From contig CAJAIK010000115.1 of assembly GCA_903939765.1 (NCBI GenBank), positions 55,871 through 119,870 of the forward strand: 64,000 nucleotides of DNA, in the 5' to 3' direction. This DNA comes from an uncultured Chlorobiaceae bacterium (lineage in GTDB: Bacteria; Bacteroidota; Chlorobiia; Chlorobiales; Chlorobiaceae). The notes under the pieces are model-generated. The model was not told the origin of the DNA. It made no database searches and saw only the letters and a list, made by a program, of their open reading frames with translations. The translations under genes and the position numbers were made by a program. Positions 37,277 through 44,641 of this stretch are shown piece by piece; the stretch's first letter is position 1, and every line of letters starts with the position of its first letter.

Positions 37277-38731
37277 TTACAAATTATCAAAGGGGCTGGA
37301 AATTTTTAGTAAACTCTGTTCGCATACATGGGTATAGATTTCTGTCGTCTTACTGCTCTTATGCCCTAAGAGCTCTTGTATGTATCGAAGATCAGTTCCC
37401 GCTTCCAGTAAATGTGTTGCATAAGAGTGCCGCAACCAATGAAGCGTTACTGGTTTTTTGATTTTTGCATGATCGAGTGCATGTTTTAACACTTTTTGCA
37501 AGCTGGTTTCGCTGTACTGTGTACCAGGTTCTTGACCCTCAAACAACCAAATCCTGGGGCGATATATTTTATAATATTCCCGCAACATTACAATCACTTT
37601 GTCCGATATGGGAATGACTCTGTCTTTTTTTCCTTTTGCATTGACTATTATCAATAAATGCCTTTTCGCATCAACATTCTCAGGTTTGAGATTCAACAAC
37701 TCTCCCCGTCGAAGACCACAGGCATAAATCAAGCTCAACATCGTACGATGTTTGAGGTTCTGTGATGCATGAAGTATAGCTGCAACATCCTCCTTGCTCA
37801 GCACGTTGGGCAGCTTATGTTCTGGTCTTGGCCGCTCGATCTGTTCTGTTATGAGCTTTGAACCTTGAATTGTTTTGAAAAACAATCTTGCTGCGTTAAC
37901 GGTCTGGTTTTGATATGATTGGCTTAACTTCTTCGGTAGCATAAACTGGTGAACGAATCGCACCATATCATCGTTGGTCGCTTCGGTACTCCTTTTGGGT
38001 TTAATAAACCTCAAAAAAGTGGTAATGGCTTGTGTATAGGTCTTTATCGTTGATTCGCTGTATCGCTTGTGCTCCATCCACTGTTTGAAGGCGGCAATTT
38101 CATCATGGTTGACTTTGTCCAACAACGGCAAATCGGTAATAACTTCGTTTGCCGGGTAGTTCAATTTCGGATTTTGCGGTAGCGCAATTACGGTTTTTAT
38201 ATTTGTGATACGCTGACCAAAGTAATTTCTTAACAAGTCAATATTTTTGCCGTAGTTCGGTATGACCCAGCAAAAATTATTGCTGTTCCACCTCACATAT
38301 TTGAAGGTACGAATGAACTGTATATCCGTCTCATTCTTAGGCATTGTAACGGTAATTTGTTTCGGGGATATTTCGATAGCGATTCCGTTGTGTTGCGTAA
38401 CATTTTGCAGATCTGCTTTTATCGCAGTTTTCACTTCAGATTGCGCCTTTACCGAAGGTGCTGGCACCGGTGGTTCATTGGTAGCTTCCGTTAGCTCTTC
38501 GGTACCTGACTTATTTGTTGAACCTGCAGGATCTGGTACGACTATATCCGGAAATAGCTTCATAAATTCGCCAAAAGCTTCCTCGGTGAACGGGATATGC
38601 CAAGCTCTGAGTGTCTTGCTCCAGGCAGCGCCTTCAATATGTCTTATCTTATTTATAATGAAATCATTATAGGCAAATACGAGTTTCAACCGATCCTCGC
38701 CCCGGTAATTTATTTTGCTGGTCTGAATCAT
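37277..38731 (-). CDS. Tyrosine recombinase/integrase (Xer-like catalytic domain with a ~290-aa N-terminal extension)
   Basis: It has the catalytic residues ACGLRRGE (R), KGKKDR (K), HWLRHSYATHLL (H-x-x-R) and LLGHKSSKTTEIYTHV (H, Y). The N-terminus holds two similar units (AAWSKTLRAWHIP and RWNSNNFCWVIP). The gene is AT-rich. Confidence 0.9.
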   Translation of the reverse strand: MIQTSKINYRGEDRLKLVFAYNDFIINKIRHIEGAAWSKTLRAWHIPFTEEAFGEFMKLFPDIVVPDPAGSTNKSGTEELTEATNEPPVPAPSVKAQSEVKTAIKADLQNVTQHNGIAIEISPKQITVTMPKNETDIQFIRTFKYVRWNSNNFCWVIPNYGKNIDLLRNYFGQRITNIKTVIALPQNPKLNYPANEVITDLPLLDKVNHDEIAAFKQWMEHKRYSESTIKTYTQAITTFLRFIKPKRSTEATNDDMVRFVHQFMLPKKLSQSYQNQTVNAARLFFKTIQGSKLITEQIERPRPEHKLPNVLSKEDVAAILHASQNLKHRTMLSLIYACGLRRGELLNLKPENVDAKRHLLIIVNAKGKKDRVIPISDKVIVMLREYYKIYRPRIWLFEGQEPGTQYSETSLQKVLKHALDHAKIKKPVTLHWLRHSYATHLLEAGTDLRYIQELLGHKSSKTTEIYTHVCEQSLLKISSPFDNL

Positions 38732-38975
38732 AGTTTTACAACTCCTTCCAACGAAAAATAACCCGTCAATACAGCGTCGCTTATTTAGTCACTGTGCTGT
38801 GTGAAAGGCTCCAACTTTTCAAGCTACAAAGTACAGATATATTTCAAAATATTTATCTTAATCTCTTGTTTATGCATGCTTAGGTGCGCACCGATTCACG
38901 ATCCGTTTCACCTGACATGTAAGAAAGTCTCCTGCACGTGAACCTGAGATGCACCGCCTCCCCTGTTTCTGCTCC

Positions 38976-39773
38976 TCACGCCCCCGTCTTCACCGGTAAC
39001 ACCAGCCGGAATCCCCGGAAATCGTTAACCGCTTTGGAAACAACAAACGAGCGCTGCGAACAGCGGAAGGCGAACTTGTCGGGATAACGCCAGCAGCCGC
39101 CACGTTCCTGGCGGAGAGATTCTTCACCGGAGGTGATGTTTGCGGAATCGGTTTCTTCGTGCCAGACGGAACACCACTCCATGACGTTGCCGCTCTGGTT
39201 CCAGGTTCCGTAGCCGGAGACCCCTTCGGGATAGGCGTAGGCCGGGGCAACAGAATCCGCCCCCCGGTTGTTCCGGTTCCGACAGTTGTTTTCATCCCAC
39301 CGGTCTCCCCACGGGTAGATTGATCCTTCCGGCCCGCGTGCGGCCTTTTCCCACTCGGCTTCCGTGGGCAATCGGCATCCCGCCCAGCGGGCGTAGGCTT
39401 CTGCGTCGTCCCAGTTGATGAGCACGACCGGGTAATCGTCGAACTCTTCGGGACAGCCATCTTCGTGCCAGACCGAAAGTGAGTCAATCCTTGCGCCGAT
39501 GTTTGGTGGCCGATGGCCCGTAGCCTGTATGAAAGCCCTGTACTGGCGATTGGTGACGGCATAGACTGAAATGTAGAATGCGTCCAGGCAGACGGTGTGC
39601 TGCGGGCTCTCTTTGTCGAAGCCGTCTCCCATGGTGAAACTTCCTGCGGGAACAAGCACCATGGGAGAACTGTCCTGTTCGTTGACGATTACCGGAGGCA
39701 GCTTGCCGCCGGAAGGACGGAGCGCGAGTCTTCTGAGTTCGGTAAGGATTTCGTTATGTGCTGGTGTATTCAT
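38976..39773 (-). CDS. FGE-sulfatase (SUMF1/EgtB/PvdO) fold protein, cytoplasmic
   Basis: MVLVPAGSFTMG, YAVTNRQYRAFI, INWDDAEAYARWAGCRLPTEAEWEKAARG, GNVMEWC and RGGCW...FRGFRLV match the fold. It has no signal peptide. I prefer the ATG at 39773. Confidence 0.8.
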   Translation of the reverse strand: MNTPAHNEILTELRRLALRPSGGKLPPVIVNEQDSSPMVLVPAGSFTMGDGFDKESPQHTVCLDAFYISVYAVTNRQYRAFIQATGHRPPNIGARIDSLSVWHEDGCPEEFDDYPVVLINWDDAEAYARWAGCRLPTEAEWEKAARGPEGSIYPWGDRWDENNCRNRNNRGADSVAPAYAYPEGVSGYGTWNQSGNVMEWCSVWHEETDSANITSGEESLRQERGGCWRYPDKFAFRCSQRSFVVSKAVNDFRGFRLVLPVKTGA

Positions 39774-39795
39774 AGTACACTGTGTTCTCTTGTTT

Positions 39796-41328
39796 CTATG
39801 ACGCTGCCAAAGCATTCCGGTCGTCTGAGGCGTTGCGCGCCTGTCCGTTTACGACCATCGTCCTCAACTGTTCGATGTGCTCTTGATGTGATGCCGAAAG
39901 GGGAACCATCTCTGCGGCTGCGTTGAGAAGATCCTCCGTTTCCAGTTCCCGGCGGTTGTCGCGGAATGCGGGAAACATGGCATCGTTGACCAGCGCCTGA
40001 AGTTCGGCGCCGACGAACCCCTCGGTTGCCGATGCAACCGCGGCAAGGTTGAAGCGCTGCGAAAGCATGGTATAGCCGCGTTCCCTGAGGTGGACTTCGA
40101 GTATTTTTATCCGCTCGCCGTGGGTGGGAAGATCGAGGAAAAAGACCTCGTCAAACCGGCCTTTGCGCAGGAGTTCCGGGGGAAGACGCCGAACGTTGTT
40201 GGCGGTGGCGAATACGAATACCGGGGCAGTTTTTTCCTGCATCCAGGTAAGAAAGGTCGCAAAGACCCGGCTTGCCGTGCCGCTGTCGCCCATGGAGCCG
40301 GCAAAGGCTTTTTCGATCTCGTCAACCCAGAGCACGCAGGGAGCGATGACCTCGGCAATCCGGATGGCTTCGCGAATATTCTGTTCGCTCGAACCGAGCA
40401 GACCGCTGAAGATGGCTCCGACATCCATTCTCAGCAGCGTCATCCCCCAGTGGCCTGCGGTTACTTTTGCACAGAGGCTTTTTCCGGTTCCGGGAATCCC
40501 GATGAGAGCCACCCCCTTCGGCATGCTGAGGCCATATTCGCGCGCATCCTGGCTGAACGCTTCCTGGCGCTCGTCGAGCCACCCCTTCAGAGCGCCAAGT
40601 CCGCCGACGTTGTTCATGGATCCGGTATAGGGGTAGAGTTCGAGAGCGCCGCTTTCGCGGATGATGTGACGTTTTTCGTTCAGCACCTGCCGGACGCTCC
40701 GTTCGTCGAGCCCATGGCCTCCTGCAACCACGATGGCTTTGCGAAAGGCCCTTCCCGCTTCGACGATGGAGAGGCCGAGCGCACTTTCGACCAGACGTTC
40801 GCGCAAACCGTGCGTGGCGTTTTCAAGCGATCGCGTCGAGCGGGTTTCCCGATCGAGCAGTTCGAGAATCTGTTTGCCGTCGGGCTTGCCGACATCGATG
40901 GTTGGTATGTCGTGACGGAGTTCGACGGGAAGCGCAAACTGGGGGCTGGTGATGATGATGTTCACCGTTTCGCTGCGGAAAGGAAGACGCGATGCGAGGT
41001 TCCGCAGCATGCGCGAAACACGTCGGCTATGTTCCCAGAAATGGTGGAAGTCTTTGAGCACGAATGTTGCGGAGCCCTTGTAGTCGTCGATGATGTCGAG
41101 CACCGATTCCGGGGTGGCGGCAAGTTTGCTGAAGGTTGACGCTGGTTCTCGCAGGTGGCGGAACTGGTCGCCGATATCCCAGGTGATGAGCCCCATGCCT
41201 TCAGGCCACCGGGCTGATTGCGACCAGCCGGAAAGAGTGCGCATGGCATCCTCTTCATCGATGGTTGCGAGGTGTATGACGGCTACCCGCGCGTCAACAT
41301 TCAGTTTGAGTTCGTCGAGCCAGGCCAT
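39796..41328 (-). CDS. Classical-clade AAA+ ATPase with a unique ~240-aa N-domain
   Basis: Walker A GIPGTGKS, Walker B CVLWVDEIEKAF, sensor-1 FVFATANN and the RKGRFDEVFFLDLP arginine-finger region. Confidence 0.85.
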   Translation of the reverse strand: MAWLDELKLNVDARVAVIHLATIDEEDAMRTLSGWSQSARWPEGMGLITWDIGDQFRHLREPASTFSKLAATPESVLDIIDDYKGSATFVLKDFHHFWEHSRRVSRMLRNLASRLPFRSETVNIIITSPQFALPVELRHDIPTIDVGKPDGKQILELLDRETRSTRSLENATHGLRERLVESALGLSIVEAGRAFRKAIVVAGGHGLDERSVRQVLNEKRHIIRESGALELYPYTGSMNNVGGLGALKGWLDERQEAFSQDAREYGLSMPKGVALIGIPGTGKSLCAKVTAGHWGMTLLRMDVGAIFSGLLGSSEQNIREAIRIAEVIAPCVLWVDEIEKAFAGSMGDSGTASRVFATFLTWMQEKTAPVFVFATANNVRRLPPELLRKGRFDEVFFLDLPTHGERIKILEVHLRERGYTMLSQRFNLAAVASATEGFVGAELQALVNDAMFPAFRDNRRELETEDLLNAAAEMVPLSASHQEHIEQLRTMVVNGQARNASDDRNALAAS

Positions 41329-41404
41329 GCTGCGTTAAGTTTTTCTTGTTTAGCCATCAGGGCATCTCTTAAAATTGTCATGAGCGGTTCGAGTGAGCTG
41401 TCCA

Positions 41405-43024
41405 TCAGAGTTTCACCACCGGCAGATCGCTTACCGGCAACGGAAGTCGCGAGCCGTCCCGCAACAGGATCCAGGAACGATTGTTCTCCTCCGTATCCCG
41501 CAGCCAGAGCGTGAGGCGGCGGTTGCTGTCTACCCCGAATCCTGCTATAAAGCGCCGCTCTCCCGAACGGCAGGGCGGCACGGCATGGATGAACTCGCTG
41601 TCTTCGGGATTGAGGGGCTTATGCCGACTCTCCTCTCGCTCCCCTTCCCGTACCGGACGAAGCCCGTCGGCCCCGTTGACATAGGAGATCAGCGGGCGGC
41701 TCATCGACGACCGCTCATAGATAACCAGCCCGAGCGTATCCTGATGGTCCGAAGCGGCCTTGATATATTTGCTGCATACCGGTTTCCCTGTCGGGTAAGG
41801 GGTACCGCGTGGAACGACGGGAACCAGTTCGAAATCCCGAAGTTCCCGGTTCCAGCTCCGCAGACAGTAATCGTGAGTCAGCGTCTGGTCGAAGATACCG
41901 CCATCGAAGCGGCATGCCCCTCTGGCAATGGCTTCGAACGGATTACCGGCATGGACGTCGCTGAGGGGAAAGAACTCCCGGATTTTCTCTTCGATGCCGG
42001 GCAGCAGGCTGCTTCCCCCCACAAGAAAAATCCCCTTGAGTTCCTCCTTGCGGATGCCGGCCCTGTCGCGTGCCTGATCGAGAGCGCGGTCGAGCGTGCG
42101 GATGATGTGCTGGTAGAGGTTGTTCCTGTCCGGCTCCCGTTTTTTTTCAAGCGCCTCCTTCAGGTTGCGGGAAGTGAGCGTGACCTCGATGAGTCGGCCG
42201 GTAAAATCGTTATAGCGGGTGAAGGATGCTTGCTCGCTGCCGTTCGAGATAGCAATTTTCGCCTGCTCAATCGCTTCGAGCAGGGAGGGGCCGATCGAGG
42301 CGATATCGTCATCGGTGAGCTTCTCCTCTTCCTGGATATGTTCCAGCAGCCAGTTATCGATCATAATCCCGCCAATCTCCTCGCCAGCCCGGCCCAGTAT
42401 TCTGCATTTCGCATGTCCGGCACGCAGCAGATCGGTACGAACGACCGAAACATCGAGAGTGCCTCCGCCGAAATCCACGATGCAGTAGGGTTCGCGGTCG
42501 AGAACATGATCGATGTAACCGAGCATACAGGCGGTTGCTTCGTCGATGAAGGTGATCCCGCCCGGAAACCGTTTTATCGCCGCTTCGCGAAGCCAGTCGA
42601 TATAGTGATCGAAGGCTTCGACAGGGACTGTCAGCACAACTTCCTCATCGATGTCGCCGAAATAGCCGCGCACAAACATCAGGATGCGGTCGACGAGCGT
42701 GTCTGCTGCATGGCGGGGGTAAATAACCCTGCCATTGACGCGCCGCCCGCGATTGGCACCACCGTTACGAAGCATATCCATTTTCAGCCATCTGAACGTA
42801 CCCGGATGATTGGCAACTCCCGCTGCGTCAACCTGGCTGCCGACAAGAAGAGCGCTCTCCACGGCGAAATGAATGACGGAGGGAATAACCCGCGCAGGCT
42901 CCGATCCCGGCTGCGGATAGAAGATTCCGAGGTTGGGCAGGTCGGGAGTCTCTATGTCGTTCAGGGCTTCGTTCCAGCGTGCGACCACGCTGTTGCATGT
43001 CCCGAAATCAAAAGCGAGAGCCAT
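41405..43024 (-). CDS. Hsp70-family (DnaK-like) ATPase, divergent and lid-less
   Basis: AFDFGTCNSVV (phosphate 1), IVDFGGGTLDVSVV (phosphate 2) and FLVGGSSLLPGI (adenosine). The C-terminal ~150 aa are only loosely SBD-beta-like and there is no helical lid. Confidence 0.8.
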   Translation of the reverse strand: MALAFDFGTCNSVVARWNEALNDIETPDLPNLGIFYPQPGSEPARVIPSVIHFAVESALLVGSQVDAAGVANHPGTFRWLKMDMLRNGGANRGRRVNGRVIYPRHAADTLVDRILMFVRGYFGDIDEEVVLTVPVEAFDHYIDWLREAAIKRFPGGITFIDEATACMLGYIDHVLDREPYCIVDFGGGTLDVSVVRTDLLRAGHAKCRILGRAGEEIGGIMIDNWLLEHIQEEEKLTDDDIASIGPSLLEAIEQAKIAISNGSEQASFTRYNDFTGRLIEVTLTSRNLKEALEKKREPDRNNLYQHIIRTLDRALDQARDRAGIRKEELKGIFLVGGSSLLPGIEEKIREFFPLSDVHAGNPFEAIARGACRFDGGIFDQTLTHDYCLRSWNRELRDFELVPVVPRGTPYPTGKPVCSKYIKAASDHQDTLGLVIYERSSMSRPLISYVNGADGLRPVREGEREESRHKPLNPEDSEFIHAVPPCRSGERRFIAGFGVDSNRRLTLWLRDTEENNRSWILLRDGSRLPLPVSDLPVVKL

Positions 43025-43118
43025 TAATTCAAACGGTTATCCTGATCATGAATGCAATCATGCGTCTGCCCGGGCCTTTGCCACTATTTTCGCTCATATC
43101 GTGAGTCGGGTTTTCTGT

Positions 43119-44474
43119 TTACCACTCCACATCCGTCAGTTCCTCGGTCTCCACGGCATTTTTTTCTGTTGCGTCGTCATTACTGTCGACGGTGATCAGA
43201 CCGCGAAGAAAATAGCCCTGCAGGACTTTGAGCAATTGCAGGAGTTTATGCTGTAGCTCTGCCGACTGATCAGCCGGTCCGGCACCGGCATGAACTCTTC
43301 CGGACAGTGAGCTGCTCTCTTCAAGCGAACCAGGCAAGCGTGTCGTCAGTATGGCGGCCACGATATTGTCCTGTGGCTGGAGCCAGCAGACATGCTCCTG
43401 ACGGGAGCTTGCATCCGGCACGGTAAACAGGTACTGAAGCGCGAGTTTTTCAGGCCACGTGCCGTTCAGGGAGATCTCCTGCAGCCTGTTGCGGGGAATC
43501 GATCCGCGCTGCACACCTGAAAAGAGTGCGCCGGCCCGTCTGAAAGGGTCCGGGCTTGAGAGATCCTGCTGCAGCAGTTCGTCCGTTCGATGCTGTTCCG
43601 TCCAGAAAGAGAAAATATCTCTTGTGCCGGGCAGAGCGGAGGGTCGGGATTCCGGTATAAGCCCGGCCAGTTCACGATAAAGAGCGACAGAGTGCTCGAC
43701 AACGGCTTTTTTTGAGGGACTTTTTGGCCTTCCGCCGCCCTCTTCCCAGAACGCGATAACCTCGAGCGCAGAGGTGAAGGGCAAGCCATGCAGCCGGTCG
43801 AGCAGTGCGTCGTGATCCCCGCAGAGTTTAAGGGCCTCGATGACCAGTTGCGGGTCATGCCCCTCCTTGACGGCATGATCGTAAGCTGCGACAAGCCGGG
43901 GATCCTGACTTTTCAGGACTGTTGTGCTGATACGCTGCCTCTGGGCGCCGGAAGCGGCAAGCCAGGCTTTTTCAAAAATGGAGTAATCGGGATCTTCAAG
44001 ATCGAGGTAGCGCCCCGGATTGCCTCGCACAAGCCCGAAAAGGGTATCCATTTCAAGAGCGGGGGCATGGCGACCATTCGCTTCTATCATGTCGGCGATT
44101 TCGTCCCGGTCAAGGAGAGTCCAGAGCATGAACACAAGGCCGTTGCCCCAGTCGTTTTCCGGCATGGCAACGAGGGCCTGCAGAAGATCCGGCTGAAGCG
44201 TTTCGGAAGAGTGCGTCCTCTTCAGCAGCTCTTCGAAGCGACACGATTTCCAGTAGTTCCACAGAGCGCTGTGCATGACTGGCTCGTTGCCATGCTGCAA
44301 AAGCAAAAGACGCTGGAATATCGTATCTGCTTCCGGATGCCCCTCTTCTACCGCGCGCGCCAGCTTGACCGCAGCATCCCGGCTATTGCTCGAAAAAAGG
44401 CGTTCCACCGCCCTCTTCCTGAGGATGCTGCCGAGGAGAGGGGTTGTGGCGAAAAGGTGTTTTTCTGCTTGCAT
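43119..44474 (-). CDS. Helical-repeat (HEAT/ARM-like) hypothetical protein, first gene of the Hsp70-like operon
   Basis: A ~450-aa Leu/Ala-rich helical sequence with an acidic tail, EELTDVEW. Candidate starts are the ATG at 44474 or the upstream ORF start at 44525. Confidence 0.55.
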   Translation of the reverse strand: MQAEKHLFATTPLLGSILRKRAVERLFSSNSRDAAVKLARAVEEGHPEADTIFQRLLLLQHGNEPVMHSALWNYWKSCRFEELLKRTHSSETLQPDLLQALVAMPENDWGNGLVFMLWTLLDRDEIADMIEANGRHAPALEMDTLFGLVRGNPGRYLDLEDPDYSIFEKAWLAASGAQRQRISTTVLKSQDPRLVAAYDHAVKEGHDPQLVIEALKLCGDHDALLDRLHGLPFTSALEVIAFWEEGGGRPKSPSKKAVVEHSVALYRELAGLIPESRPSALPGTRDIFSFWTEQHRTDELLQQDLSSPDPFRRAGALFSGVQRGSIPRNRLQEISLNGTWPEKLALQYLFTVPDASSRQEHVCWLQPQDNIVAAILTTRLPGSLEESSSLSGRVHAGAGPADQSAELQHKLLQLLKVLQGYFLRGLITVDSNDDATEKNAVETEELTDVEW

Positions 44475-44641
44475 TACTGATCCGGCGTCAATGAATGATC
44501 GAGTAAGGGAGTATACATATATCACTCTTACTTAAGCAAATTACAGGGCTAAACTTTGACAGGGTTCCCAACGGAATCTGTTTGCATGAACTTCATTCTG
44601 TCACTCGACGGTAATATGTAAACCAGTGAGCGGGATGCAGA

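Larger units (their letters stand above)
29269..38731 (-). mobile_element. Integron-like gene-cassette array (attC-like sites E, A, B, C, D) with an adjacent co-oriented non-IntI tyrosine recombinase
   Basis: The five structured repeats partition the region into units of RhuM, VbhA-Fic, the 119-aa ORF, the R-M pair and the five-gene operon. All genes are on the minus strand, and most of the region is AT-rich relative to its flanks. Confidence 0.5.

Noticed and set aside
37277-38731. The recombinase as a canonical integron integrase (IntI).
   Set aside because: There are only 59 residues between the KGKKDR and HWLRHS motifs, so the IntI-specific additional segment seems absent. The protein also has a long duplicated N-terminal extension unlike IntI. 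I call it a Xer-like tyrosine recombinase.
38808-38888. A possible attI/attC-like element at the AT-rich/GC-normal boundary upstream of the recombinase (GCTACAAAG ... hairpin AGATA..TATCT ... CTCTTGTTTATGCATGCTTAGGTG).
   Set aside because: It shows only loose similarity to arm D, with several unpaired bases and no clear AAC box on the left. That is too weak to call without a covariance model.
35787-43024. A direct functional pairing of the cassette J-domain-like protein with the nearby orphan Hsp70-like ATPase.
   Set aside because: The two lie in blocks of clearly different base composition, separated by the recombinase gene. That implies independent acquisition. I keep it only as a speculative note.
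41393-43027. A 544-aa plus-strand ORF that mirrors almost the entire Hsp70-like gene, with similar long antisense ORFs at 40090..41139, 14319..15371 and 16811..17665.
   Set aside because: The minus-strand frames carry canonical Hsp70, AAA+, CbiB/CobD and CobQ motifs. The antisense translations are Arg/Gly/Pro-rich with no recognisable motifs. I treat them as stop-poor shadow frames.
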